Assembly: GCF_963921235.1 (NCBI RefSeq)
Contig: NC_086109.1
Coordinates: forward strand, 26,290,001-26,354,000
From: Mobula hypostoma
Lineage: Eukaryota
Direction of reading: 5' to 3'
Length of the DNA stretch: 64,000 nt
The notes below the pieces were generated by a model, which made no database searches, had not been told where the DNA came from, and saw only the letters and a program-made list of their open reading frames with translations. Shown one piece after another: positions 40,101 through 55,100 of the stretch. Within the stretch, counting starts at the first letter, position 1. Each line of letters opens with the position of its first letter. The position numbers were made by a program, and so were the translations under genes.

Positions 40101-43100
40101 TATTAGGCAATTTTTTTACTTTAGGTTCATTTTTAGGAATTGTGCTGTCTATTCTTAAATAAGCATGCATAGTGTGTTAAAAAATAGAAAAGGAAAAAAA
40201 ATTGAAGTACGTATCAGTCAGTGTGATACTTGGCAGCCTGCTTCAGTTTTATGTTATCAGCCATAGAAACTTGAAGTTTAGCATGCAGCCTCATCATTCA
40301 GTGCTTCCCAAACAGCACAGGACGTCCATTGACCAAGAGTCTCCACACAATTGTAGTGCAGCATGAGAATAAAGATAAAAAAGATATCAATTATCAGTCT
40401 TAGATGATCATTCATTCTCATACACAATCTTTATTTTTATGTCACTCTTGATTTTCAGTGAAGACATCAAAGTTGTTCACTGACTGGTGGTATATACAGT
40501 GCAATAAGCTTTAAATGCTGTAAAAATAGATTCTCCACTTTCTTTCCTATCACAGTGGGCTGAAACTCCTCGGGTATCAGTGAGTGAATGGGAAATGTTC
40601 CCGAAGGGAAACAAGAAAATTTGGACATCCATTTATTTTTTATGTTGAGAGATACATTGCTTCACTGTTAGAGAATGGGAATAGGTGTTTATTAAGAATA
40701 TAAAATTGACAGCAATGTAGAGAAACAAATACTGTATTGTAAATTACTATCATCATCCACCATTTTACTTCTCGGGTGGTTCTTAAAAAAAAAACTAAAT
40801 ATTCAACACTTAATGTCAGTTAAGAGTTTAACCTCGTGTGTCATATTATGGAATACAGAAATGGTCCAGCTGTATTGGGGTGGCTGCTTCAGAAATTTAG
40901 AAATCCAATATGTTCAGAAGAATTAAACCAAAGGGAATACCTGCAGGATATAAGGAGTGAGAGGACGAATGGAATAAATGAGGTGTTGATATTTTCCTCC
41001 TTGGTTTTAAAAAGCTTAAAGATTTGAAGAGGTAGAGAAAGAATGAGGAAAAGGTCATAAACCTCAGCTTTGAAGCATTGAGATGGGGAGTTGAAGTTAA
41101 GGTGACAGCACTGTGCCGATTTAGGTAGGAGTTACAGCAGTATGGTTATCAGAATCAGGTTTAATATCACTGGCGTATGTCGTGAAAATTGTTAACTTTA
41201 CGATTTTGAACAAAGCTTTGAAAAAAGGGGGGAATTTCAGTGTTTTAAAAAAAAATTTTGTATTTATCATGCCTAAAATTGTTTTGAATTCCTTCTTAAT
41301 AAATGAACTGCTGTTAAAGCACGTCGACTGCACATCTTCCTAGAGATGCTGCCTGGCCTGCTGCGTTCACCAGCAACTTTTATGTGTGTTGCTGTTAAAG
41401 CACTACCTTGTTTGCTGATACAGTTGCTAGTGTTTGTTTTCATGCTCTTTTCTCCCAACCATCAAATCTGCCATTATCTCATATCCATAAAAGGCCACCT
41501 TGGCATCCTCTGACTTTATGAAATAGCCTGACAGCTCACTTCCATCCCCATCCTCGGTCTCCTTTCCAAAGTTTATGAATGTACAAATGTAACTGAAGTA
41601 AATCCTAACCTTTTCTTGTGTTATTTCATTCTGTAATAAGATTTTGTCCCCTACCATGGTACTGAAAACCGCAATCTGCTGTGTATGCAACTATAGCAGA
41701 GGAAACGCTGCCTTCTTGCCTTTCTCAGTTCATTTTTGACTGAGAAACAGTAAACTCCCTTCAACATCACTCCACCATTCTACAATGGGAAAGAACCACT
41801 CTAACCTTATTCCTTTCCAATCAATAACATGTTTCCAGAGAACCACTTTACAAGCCATTGGTTGGCTGGTACTATTTATATGAAGTATGTTCTGACACAT
41901 TGAATTAAAAATGACCTGGTTGTAATATCTCCATGCTAATGTTTTGCATCTTCCTTTCTCAGAACCATACTCTGTGTTACAATGACTGCAGATATGTGCA
42001 TCAAGAAGGGGAGAAGTCTTTGGAGTATGACTTCAACAAGCTCAGCCACATCTCCAGTTTTAGAAGCGAACCCCATTTTACTCCGAAAGGAGTACGATTC
42101 TTCCATAACTTCAATATAAGCTTGTGTGGAAATCAGGTAAATTCAATGCCATCAGTTTTCTCTACAAGAATCCTTATGGCACCAGCTAAATACTTCCACT
42201 CTTTTATTTTAAGGGAAGGAAATTGGCCTCTTGTGTGGATAATGTAACGTTTGACGACATCTTTGATGATGACAACGGCGTTGCCAGATCCATTACATCT
42301 TATATCTGTCAGTCCACACTTGTTCCATCCGATGTGATGGGATTTATGTCATCCCATCCCACCAATCTGGCTGATCATTTGATAGGTAAGTGTTTTATAA
42401 AAAACTGCATCTGCACTGTAGATGCACAATGCTTTGACCAAATGGATACATGAATAGGTTTAGAAATCTTTTTCAGTGTAGTCAGCTCAGTACGGCAGCA
42501 GGTGGAACTACAAGCTGTTTTAGTAATATGAAGTAACAAACACAAAATGCTGGAGGAACTCAGCAGGTCAAGCAACATCTATGGAAAAGAGTAAACAGTC
42601 AATGTTTCAGACCGAGGCCCTTCATCAGGACTGGAAAGGAAGGGGGAAGAAGTCAGATTAAGAAGATGGGGAAGGGGAGGAAGTGCAAGGTGGCAGGTGA
42701 TAGGTGAAACCAGGGGAGGGGAAGGGGGATGAAGTAAAGAGCTGGTGGAAGAGATGACAGGCTACAGGCAGGAATCTGGTAGGAGAGGACAGAAGACCAT
42801 GGAAGAAATGAAAGGAAGAGGAACAATAGAGGAAGGTGATGGACAGGTAAAGAGAGAGAATGTGAGAGGAAAACGCAAATGGAGAATATTGAATGAGAGA
42901 AGGAGATTACTGGATGTTCGAGAAATTGATGCTCACGCCATCAGGCTGGAGGCTACCCAGATGGAATACAAAGTGTTGTTCCTCCAACCTGACTGTGGCC
43001 TTATCGTGGTAGTAGAGGAGGCCATAGACTGATATGTCAGAATAGGAAAGGGAAATAGAAATGCGATATTTATTTACAGATAGAGCGTGGAATAGGTGCT

Positions 43101-46100
43101 TCTGGCAACTTTGATCTGCGCCGCCCAACAACCCCCAATTTAACTCTAACCTAATCATGGGACAATTTACAATGACCATTTAACCTACCTGGTGCATCTT
43201 TCAACCAAGGAAGGAAACTGGAGCACCCGAAGAAAACCCACACATTCCACAGAGAGGATGCAGAAAACCCTTACAGAAGGTGCCAGGATTGAACTGCGAA
43301 CTCCAAAGCCCCAAGCTGTAATAGCATCATGTTAACCACTTTGCTGCAATGGCGCCCAGCCTTATTCTCTGTGATCATGATGCCCTTGCACCAGATGCCT
43401 GATATGCACCAAGGCATTAAATGGGATGCATGCTATCGTGGAGCACTGTGATGCCACTGGCTGTGGTGCCTCATTTAACTTGATATATTTCCAAAAAACA
43501 TCACATATTTTTATCTTCCAGGTGGATCAACTTTAATATTATTTTCTTCAGTTCCTATCAATCCCTTTGCTCCTCTATCACCAAGTCGTTTTCATGGACC
43601 CTAGTCACTCGGCTGCTCAACCGGACAGCCTCTGATCGTCTACTCACCTGATGCCACATATCAATCACTTGTCTTCGTCACCACCAACCCATGTCCATGA
43701 ACTACCTATCCATCTACCTCTGATGAAAGATTATTTGGGTAATCAGTGGAAGGGGACAGCTGGGTTCAAGATCATTGGAGTGGATGAATTGAGAGATTCA
43801 ACAATGATTGCCCTTAATGGATAAGTATTTTTCTCAAACAAAATTTTCTTGAGGCAGGTACCCTTTAAATAATGACAAAATCCTTTTGTCGTGAAATCCT
43901 TCTCCAACATGTGTGGCTGCTGCCATTTCAAATACTGGAACTAGACCATATAAGGGCACGTGCTTTGAGGACATATGGAGGATTCAGAGGGAAATGCACT
44001 TGCAGTACATTTACAATTTATTTTTGCTATTTTTCCACTGAAATTGCGTCATGTGGTGCACAGTAATACAGTGTAGTGAAATTCAATTTTCTTTCTCTGT
44101 CACTGATAGAAGTTTCTGTTAGCACATGAATTACACCTAATCTTCCAATCTTCAATTTATACTTTTAGGAGTAACTACTCAAACAGAGCTGGACAATATT
44201 ACAGCTGCAGCCAATCTCTTTCCAAAGGAAAAAGATAGTACATTACCTGATATTATCTTTTATTTCAGGCAAGTGATTTGCTTTTGTTTGCTCAAAATAT
44301 AGTTTGGTACTCATGGTAAAATTGAATCTGTATGTACTTACTTTCTGGGCAGAAAATGAATTAACATTGCCCACTTAGGATGGGGAGATAATGGCAAGCA
44401 TCCATATCTGAATGCAATGCCATATGATTTCAAGAAGGGTAGAAGGCACCCAGTTTGTAATTGAGTAGTTTGCTCAGAGGATTTGCCGGTGGGCCTACTC
44501 CTGGGCCTGGCCAAGATGGCCGCTCATGGGTCCAGGCGATGGACATTTGAGGGTTCTGCCAGGGCTGACTGCCCATCTCTCTTCAGGGGATACGTTCGTG
44601 CCCAGGTGCTCTTGGAGAGGGTGCACGCAGTCACAATGGATACAGTGGCGGATGTCCAGGAATGGTGGGCCCTGCAGGGAATTGACCGTTTTATAGACAG
44701 CAATAATTATATTTTAATTTGAGCTTGTTCACTGTCTTGTAAATGTTTGATGTTTGTATTTTGTGGGGAAAAAAAGGGTAGCGGAAAATCAGCCACTTGA
44801 CTAAAATAGAGATTTTGATTTTGAAGTATGTTAAATAGGAGCCTTGGGTTGTTTTCTTGGATTTAAAATTGAAACCAGTAGTCATAGCTTTGTTGCATTC
44901 AAGATTGCTTGAGCTACATTATTAATAGAAATGTTACATTATCATGGAATCAGCTTGGCCAGTTCTTTTAGACTGCAGTTATGCAGCATGAAAACAGGCT
45001 ATTCAGCCCTCCAGGTCCATATTAACCATTAACTACCCATTTGGATTATTCCCTCATTAGCCCCCTTTATTGATCTCCCCACATTCTCAAAAACTCCCCT
45101 TGAATTCTACTACTCAACTTACAGTACGTACTCTGGATAATTTACACAGTCCACTAACCAACCATCCGCCTTTCCTTGGGGTGTGGGTGGAGTCAGGAGC
45201 ATCGGGAGGAAGCCGCGCATTTCGAGGGAGAACATTGAAATTCCAGAGACAACACCCAGCATTGTGTGGCAGCACCACTGCATCAACCAGCTCTTCCTCT
45301 TGACTTTTGACCTCAGGCTCACCCACTCCACAATCGAGATGCTCAGCACTCTCAGATAGTTGGACTAGTACCAATATTGGGTTACCCCCTCCTTCCAAAG
45401 GAAACAGCTTATCTCGTGCTTCAATTCATTGTAGCTCCTGCAGCCAGTCTGAGGTAGTTACGGATGCCATGAGCTGTGGACGTGACTGGTTCAGACCAAA
45501 AGACATCACAGGAAATCGTAACCTGAATGCCACTATTTCCTGAGAGAGGCATTTTCTGATAAATGTATGTCGAAAGGTTTGATTGCTGAACAGAGAAGAA
45601 TTTTTTATATATATAAGGAGTCCAATTAATGATTCCTTTTCTTTGTATTTCACAGATCTACTGAATCAACGCAGACTTGTAAAAATGGGAGAGTGTCCAC
45701 AGTAAGACTGAGATGTAATCCTGGAAGTGTCGGTTCAGGAACAATTTCTGTACCAAAGTAATACATAAGAATATTTAAATAATTATAATAAGGATGTTGC
45801 CTGGATTGTAGATCGTACCATTTGTTACGATATGGTGCAAAATTATAAATCTCCTTCCCTGCTCACTTCAATTTCATAAGCATCAACAGATATAGCTCTC
45901 AGCTGCACAGGGACTGGTTGTCAAAAAGGGAATCCTGTGCATGAAAAACTATTTACGTGTAAAAAAAATGCATGATTTGTAACATAGTATCTTAGCAACT
46001 GGTGCTAATTTCAAATAGGGTTCGTACCTGGGTGATGGTTGTAAGTCTGTCAGCCAATGGTGTTTAAGCTAAATCTGTCAATGTGCCATGCTTGTGGAAT

Positions 46101-49100
46101 GTCACATCCGGGGAGAGCTGGCCTTCCAAACCCGTACTTTTGCATCCTTTATGAATAACAAAAAGAGTTGCTCATTAAATACAGACCAAGAAAAATACAA
46201 AAAGAAATTTGAAGGATCTACTTGATTAATTTTAAAGATAAGGCTTCACTGATCTGCTTGAATCACTAACACCAACTGCAGTAATAAATGATAAAATACA
46301 ATTTATCAGTATATCAATTCAAAAACCAGCAATAACAACGGTTGGGTGTTTCAAGCTTATCTCAAAGTGACCTCTAGTGGTAGTTTCAGAACCCAGCAGG
46401 ACTCCAGATTTCCTAAACCCTGATGATAGGATTTTGACCTAAGACATCACAACAATTCCTTTCCTCCCATAAATGCTGCTCGATTCACTGAGTTCCTCCA
46501 GCAGGTTGTTTGTTGTTTATCAGATTCCCCATTCTGTTTTCTTCTCATGAAGCCTGTGCCAAGCATGATGCCTTCTGCCTGAACATGATCTATATCCCTC
46601 CATTTTCTGCATGCTGAATTCCTATCTAAAAGCCCCTGGAAAGCCAGTGTTGTTACTGATTTCACTACCACCCTTGACAGGGTGTTCCAGGCACCTACCA
46701 CATATTCCCTTGCCTCTCATATTCCATCTGAAACTTTCACCCTCTCACTTTAAAACTATGTTCTCTAGTTCTGCCCTAGGAAAAGGATTCTGACTGTCGA
46801 CCCTGCCTATGCTACCCATAAATTTATAAATTTCTATCAGGTTGTCCCCAAGGTCATTGACCCTCCAGAGAAAACAATCAAGTTTGTCTGATCTTTCCTT
46901 GTTTAGCTAACACTCTCTAATCCAGGCAACACCCTCATAAGCCTTTTTAAGAAACCATCTCCAAAGCCTCTGCATCCTTCCTGTAATGCGACCAGAACCG
47001 AATGCTATACTCCAAATGCAACCTAACCAAAGCTTTAGGCAACTGCAACATGACTTTCTGATTCTTAAACCCTAAGTCCCTAGTGATGAATGTGAGCATG
47101 GCAAATGCCTCCTTTCCTTGTGTTGCCACATTCAGGGAGGTATGGACTTGGACCTCAGGATCCCTCTGAACATCATTATTCCACTAACTGTCTATTTTTC
47201 CCTTACATTTGAGCTGCTAAAGTTCAAAACCTCATACTTGCCAGGATTAAACTCCATCTAGCAATCCTCCTGCAACTGATCGATATATGGCTATGTCTCT
47301 TGACCTTCTTCACTGTCTTCAGCTCCACCATTTTTATTGTTTTCTGCAAACTTAGTAACCCAGACAATCCACATTTTCATCCAAGTCTTTTATATGTATC
47401 ACAAGCAGCAGAGGTCCCAGCATTAATCCCTAAAGAACACCACTGGTCACAAACCTGCAGCCAGAATAACACCCTTTTCTCCAGTGCTCACTATGTCCTA
47501 TGAACAAACCAGTTTTATATCCAAATTACCAAATCGCCATGCATCTCATACATCTTAATCCTGCTGATCAACTTACTATAAAGCAACACACATAAAAATT
47601 GCTGGTGAACGCAGCAGGCCAGGCAGCATCTCTAGGAAGAGGTGCAGTCGACATTTCAGGCCGAGACCCTTCGTCAGGACTGCTTGAAATTCCAGCATCT
47701 GCAGATTTCCTCGTGTTTGCGTTACTATAAAGGACCTTGTGAAACATCTTATGAAAGACAATGCTCTACCCTTGTCAATGACCTTGGTCACCTCCTGGGA
47801 AAAAAATACTCAATCAGATTTGTAAGACATGGCCTGGCCTGTGCAAAGCTACAGTGATATTCCCTAATTATCCAATGTTCTTCCAAATGTAAGTAAACTC
47901 AATTCCTAAGAATCCTCTCCCTGTTATTGATGTGAGGCTCACATCACTTCATCAGTCCTGACGCAGGATCTCAGCCCAAAACGTCAAGTGTACCTCTTCC
48001 TAGAGATGCTGCCTGGCCTGCTGCATTCACCAGCAACTTTGATGTGTGTCACTCCATTCCATCATTATATCCACTCAGCTATTTGGAAACATCTGTTCCA
48101 TTTTTCAACTGGTTCAGTGTCACCATCTGTGGTGAATAAACCAAATATGTTAGCTTGGCTGAGGTGAAAATGATCACAGATCACTTTTCTAAAGTTGACT
48201 GCTGTTTGTTGTGTTGACAGAAAGTGCCAAGAAGGAACATGTGATGGTTGTACCTTTCACTTTCTGTGGGAAACGGCCGAGGCCTGTCCTCTTTGTTCAA
48301 AGAATGATTATCACGAGATAGTGGGAGCATGCATTAATGGAATTCAGGTAACAATGTGGAGTCACTCTGTGCATGTGAATGAATTGTAATGTGCAACACC
48401 AATAGTGTTAATAGTGAATTCCTTGTGTCAATGATTATGCACAATTATTTATTTAATTATTGAGATACAGCGTGGAATTGGCTCTTCGAGCTGTGCCACC
48501 CACAATCCCCTGGTTTAATCTTAGCCTAATCACGGGACAATTTACAATGACTAATTAACCTACCAACTGATAGGCCTTTGGACTGCCAGAGGAAATTGGA
48601 GCACCCAGAGAAACCCACGTGGTCATGGGGAGAATGTACAGACTCCTTACAGGCAATGGCGGGATTGGAACCTGGGTTGCTGGTAGTGTAAAGTGTTGTG
48701 CTACCACTACATAACTGTGCCGCCCCTTACGGTGTAAGCCACAGGGAACATTATCCAAGGATCCACCTTAAATAACTCTCCTTGTACCTACCCTTCATTA
48801 CGTGCTGTCTGGGAACTTGAATTGATGTAAAAAATGTATCTTTGCCTTTTCAGTTCACTTTATTATAAATAGGCTATGGTGACATCTGCACATTTGTCTC
48901 TGCGCTTACCTATGGTACATCTGTCTGGCATGTACAAAGGACAAATTACCATCCATGAAAATGCATTTAATGTGTACTACAGTAAAATTTGGATCTGCAT
49001 TTTATTATATTTGGTATTTTGAATAAAAATTTTGGCTTATTTTTCTTGATACAATTTAGCTGGTTTAGATGCCTTAGCACCATATGTTTGGCACACCCAT

Positions 49101-52100
49101 ATTTGTACAGCAGGAGAGTGAATTTTCCAAGAGAAATATTTCCGCACAGGAGGAACAAGAAGAGGTAGTATTTCAGGCTGCACACTGCTGCCAGTTTATT
49201 TCCATTTATAGTTGCAGGATCGTAGATTCATATAGCACAGAATCTGGCTCCTCATCCCAACTGGTCAATGCCAACCAAGATACCCATCTAAGTTAGTCCC
49301 ATTTAGAAACATAGAAAACCTACAGCACAACACGGACCCTTCAGCCCACAATGCTGTGCCGAATATGTACCTACTTTAGAAATTACCCCAGGTTACCCAT
49401 AGCCCTCTATTTTTCAAAGCTCCATATACCTATCCAGGAGTCTTTTAAAAGACCCTATCGTATCCACCTCCACCACAGTCGCCAGCAGCCCACTCCATGC
49501 ACCCACCACTCTGCGTAAAAAAAAAAACTTACCCTGACATCTCCTCTGTACCTACTTCCAACAACCTTAAAACTGTGCCCTGTCATGTTCGCCATTTCAG
49601 CCCTGGGAAAAAGCCTCTGACTATCCACACAATCAATACCTCTCATCATTTGCTGATGTTTGGTCCATATCCCTTCATGTACTTGTGCAAGTTCCTTTCA
49701 AACATAGTTTATATAACTGCCTCGAGCACATACTCCACGCAGCACACTCCATTGGCTGACCACTCTCTGGGTGAACAAGTTGCCCCTCAGGATCCTATTA
49801 AGTCTCTCCCCTCTCACCTTAAACCTATGTCCACTAGATCTTGATTCCTCAATCTGGAAAAAATATAATGTGCGTAACTTTATTCTTCTCTATAAGATTA
49901 CCCCTCCAATGAAAAAAATCCATATCTGCTCAACCTCTCTCTATGATCAGTCTCTCAAATCTAGGCATTTTACCATCCTCATAAATATCTCTGCACTCTT
50001 TGTAACTTACTGGTATCTTTCCTATAGTAGGTGACAAAAACTGAACACAAAATTCCAATGTAGCCTCACCAGCATCTTGTGCAACTGCAGAATTAGATCA
50101 CAACTTATATACTCAGTGCCGTGACTGATGAAAGTCACTGTGCCAAAAGCCTTCATCACCATGCCTGCCTGTAATGCCACTTACAGAGAATCATGTACTT
50201 GTAGGCAAGTACATGCCTGCCCCTCAGTAATCTGTGAAACATGTTGCACTGTCATTCAGTAGAATGAAATTCAGTGCAAGTTTCATCTTGAGGACTTGGG
50301 TTCAAGTCATGTATGGACTGGTTTAATGAAAGTCTGCAGGTTGAGGAAAGGCCATGTGAGCAGAGTTTGGGAATTTTAGTCCAGCTTCTAGCTGACAAAT
50401 GCAAAAATATATTCCCAATTTCAAAAGTATGCCAGCTGGTGGTGTGGTGGCATCAGCAGCAGACTTTGAGGCAAGTAGTCCTAGATTAGAATCCAGCGGC
50501 TCCTTGCACGCTTTCCACCTGTGCTGGGTTGAGTATCAAGCTAGCAACTTGGCCTCATAAAAAACAGACAAAATGCTAAAGAAACGGCAAAGTTGTGCCT
50601 GATGTGCCACAAGGCGCAGAGAGAGGAACAACAGCAATTTCAAAAGTATGGACACAAGCACCAGTTTCACCAATTTCCCCGCACTATGTGTGAAATATGA
50701 ACTGCAGTAGCAAATTCAGGTTAAGACAGGTAAGTGGGGCTTATTGTACTAAAAAACATAAAATTAGTAAGCTATTATTGTTTGGGGATGATTCAAACTC
50801 AATTTATTATATTGGTTTACAGAAAATTGCTTATGTATGGTGGGAGCCGAAACTCTGTAAAGGAGGTGTTGCATTGCCAGACCAACTAGTGACAACATGC
50901 AAAACATTAGACTTCTTCTTGAAAATTGGAATTATCACAGGGACAGTTACTGCTTGCTTATTAATTGTCACAACATGCTATTTCTACAAGAAAAATCGAA
51001 AGTGAGTAAATAAATGTGGTTTTATTGGAATCTTCTATTAAGAATTTAAGGTGATTAATATTGAACTCAAAAAAAATGAAAATAGAAAGGCAGTTTCTCT
51101 GTGACCAGGATGAAGAGATAGTAAGGGAGATTTATATATTGTTTGAGCATTTAGTGAGAACAACTAGGAAATATAATCAGATATTTTTAACTATACTAAG
51201 GTATGCTTTAACAAAGGTAGTGTAGGTAATAAAGGACATAATTTATTTATAAATAAATATTTATAAATTTATTAATTGAGAAATTGTGATTACAGCCTAA
51301 CCATATTCAGAATGTCTCTACTACAGATACAAGACTGGAAAAAGATATTAAAATTTAGAAAGGAACAAATTAATTTCATTCATAAGGATCATGCTGCCCT
51401 CAGCAAAGGCCTTACCTTTGTCCCCCTTTGCCCGTACCTCAGTGAGTTCCATGCACGCCATGATGCCAAGCTCGTCTTCCCTCACCTCTGTCTCTGAGCC
51501 AACTTCTTTGGCAAGGATTCCCACCTTGCACTGATAATCCTTTCTCCCATCTCCAACCCTTCGCCTCTTCTTGGACACTTTGCTCTGGATTTTTTCATCT
51601 CTAGTTGCCGAGGAGATGTCAACTATCTTGACTTCAGCATTCCTTTCTCCTCTTCGAATCTTACCACCTCTGAAAGCACTGGCTTCCAGTCTCTCTGCAC
51701 CAATCCCAACCTCACCATCAAACCTGCAGACAAAGGGGTCTGGCAGACAGACCCCTGCCTTACTGAGGCCAAGCGGCAACTCTCAGACACCTCCGCTTAC
51801 TTACCTCTTGAAAAGTACCTCACTCAGGACAATGAGGACATTGTCTCTGACACCAACACCAACTTCATCAACACTGGAGACCTCCCATCCACTACCATCA
51901 ACCTCATAGTTCCCTTGCTTGCACTGCTTATTTCCATCTCCTACCCAAGATCAGCAAACCTGATTGTCCAGGTAGGTCCATTTTTTCTGCCTGATCCTGC
52001 CCCACTGAACTCGTGTTCACATGCTCTCAATCTCCTCAACAACTTTCAATTCCCTGGTCCTGACTGCCTCATTTTCACCACGGATGCCCAGTCCCTATAC

Positions 52101-55100
52101 ACTTGTATCCCTCATTAAAAAGGCCTTAAAGCTCTCTACTTCTTCCTTGACAACAGACCTGACCAGTTCCCCTCTTCCACCTGGCAGAACTGGCCTTCAC
52201 ACTCAATGTTTCTCTTTCAACTCTTCCCACTTTCTCCAAACCTAAGGAGTAACCATGGGCATTCGCATGGGGTCCAGTAATGCCTGACTTTTCATTGGTG
52301 AAATGGAATAGTCCATGTTCCAAACTTTCACTGGCAATACTCCCCAACTCTTTCTGTGCTATGTTGATGACTGCAATTGGTGCTGCTTCATGCACCTATG
52401 CTGAGCTTGTCAATTTCATCAACTTTGCCACCAACCTCCGCCCTGCCCTTGAATTCATTTGCTCCTCTTTTCCCCTTCCTCAATCTCTCTGTCTCCATCT
52501 CTGGAGACAAACTGTCAACCAAAATCTTTTATAAAGCTATCAGCGCCCAGGGCTATCTTGTCTATATCTCTCTCACCCTGTCTCCTATAAGAATGCCATT
52601 CCCTTTTCTCATTTCCTTCATCTTTCCTGCACCACCATCATTCCCAGGATGAGGCTTTCCTTTCCAGAATATCAGAGATGTCCTCTTTCTTCAAAGAACG
52701 GAGTTTTCCTTCCTCCACATTGATGCTACCTTACCGTATCTCCTTCATTTCCTGAACATATGTCCTCACCCAATCTTTCTGCCGCCTTAACAGGGATAGA
52801 GCTCCTCGTCCTCACCTACCACCCCATGAACCTATGCATCCAACACATCATTCACCACAACTTCTGCCGTATTCAATGGGAGTCTATCACTAAACACATC
52901 ATTAACTCCGCACCCCCCTCCACACTCTCCACTTTCCACTGGCATTGCTGCTTCCTTGATTCCCTTGTTCATCTGTACCGCCCCACTAAATTCCCTCTTG
53001 GCACTTATGCCTGCAAACAGAAGCAGTGCTACCTGCCTATTCATCTCCTCCCTCACCTCCATTCAGGGCTCCAAACAGTCCTTCCAGGTGAGGCAACACT
53101 TCACCTGCAAATCTGTTCGGGTCGTCCATTGTGTCCAGTGCCCCTGATGCTGCCTTGATTGCTTTGTTGAGCACCTTTGCTCCATCTACAAAAATCAGGA
53201 TATCCTGGTGGCTAACCATTTTAATTCCAGTCCCCTTTCCCACTCTGACATGTCGGTCCATGACCTCCTCTACTGCCATGATGAGATTACTCTCAATTTG
53301 GAGGAGCAACATCTCATATTCCATGTGTGTAGCTTCCAAACCTGATGGCATGAACATCAGTTTCTCCAACTTTCCCCTCCCTGTTCCTCCTTCAGTTCCC
53401 CACTCTGGCCCCCCTCTCCTTGCCTGCCTATGACCTCCACCTGGAGCCCTTCCTCCTTCCCTTTTTCCTATGGTCTCTTCTACCAGATTCCTTTTTCTCC
53501 AGCACTTTACCGTTTCCAGCTATCGCTGCAGATGGAGCAAAGGTGCTCGACAAAGCAGTCCCCCAACCCATGCCAGGTCTCACCAATGTATAGCAGTCCG
53601 CATCGGGTGCATCGGATATAGTTGTCGATGAAGCTTCTTACTTCATCCCCACCCACCTATTGTCTTCTAGCTTGTACTTCCCCTCCCCCCACCTTCTTAT
53701 TCTGGCTCCTTAGCCCTTCCTTTCCAATCCTGTTAAAGGGTTGTGGCTTGAAACGTCAACTATTTATTCATTTCCCTAGCTGCTGCCTGGCCTGCTGAAT
53801 TCCTCCAGTATTCTGTGCGTTTTGCTACTAATTCATTGCATTTGTGGTCCAACATTTCTAATCATGTTAGGAGTGTAGGACCCGGCATGGATATAATTTA
53901 AAATGGCCCTATTTGTCCAAGGACAAGAAGACAAGGATTAAAGAATGGAGCTTTAAAAAATTCAGATTAAATGCCTAATTGAGAGATGCTGAAAAGTACA
54001 GAGGAATAAAAAGCATGGTTCGTGCAAATATATATTACTTCAAACATATGAGGGGAGGCAGATAAAGCTACAGAAGGTTTTATATTATTTTGTGGTTTAT
54101 ATTTGGGTGAAGAAGTGTAAGACCAATAAGACCATGGTGTAGGTGTCAGCAGCAGCTTTTGGTACTGTTGATTTCCCCATTATACAAAACCATAGAAGGA
54201 TTATAGAACAGTTAAGAAACTACGGATAAGAGAAGGTATGTGATCCAATGGAAAATAAGTGTTCATACAATTGTAAGTTTTTAAATTATTAAGGATTTGT
54301 TGTGAAAAAGGTAAAACATTTCATCTCACCGGTGAATAAGCACCAAAAGGTCATCTGTGTAAAGTATCACTGAGTGAACTGAGAATTTTCTTAAAACCAT
54401 GATTTCTTGGAGCAGAAAATATGTTCCCTGGGGACTGGGTGCAGCAAACGCCGTGACATTTTTTAAAGGAAAATTCAGTTAATAGTTGAAGCAAGGCCAG
54501 GGTAAATATATGATGTAAAATTAGGTTATGGTTCCTTCAGCAAGCAACTATGTTTCGAGGACCCTCCTTCTATGCTTCCCTTGGAGAGTATTTTTCTTGA
54601 ATTAGTTCTTAATTCATAGTGTAGAAATACCAAAAACCCAAATTCCATAAAGCACTTCAAAATATTAAATTTTAAAAACAAAGTATTGTCCTGATTTGGC
54701 AGGGATAATGTGCGATACAGTAAAGTTACAAGAAAGTGCTACAATAAACCAAATGTAAGCAATGCTAATTGCATAAATAGTCATTAGATGATATACTGTA
54801 CTGACCATTTTCTGGGCTGTGAATACCAAATGTTCCATATTAAATTATTTTGACAAATATATCTTGAGTCAGCTTTTCTTGTGTATTTAATATCTGCAAA
54901 CACTACTTTTAGTAAAGGTCAGGCTTCAATAAATAAAAATCTCTTAATGCACGCATTATAATTAAGAAGGCTAGAAAAGCAGCATTAATATTAATAATTG
55001 TTTGAAGTGTTCCACTGGAAGTTCTCTCAAGAAAATGTTCAAATTCCAACTTGTCATGTCTTTAAATATTTATTGCCAAGCAAGTTTTAAATGCTGGTTA

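Noticed and set aside
51241..51258. 18-bp AT-only palindrome atttatttataaataaat
   Set aside because: Expected in low-complexity AT-rich sequence; no supporting context.
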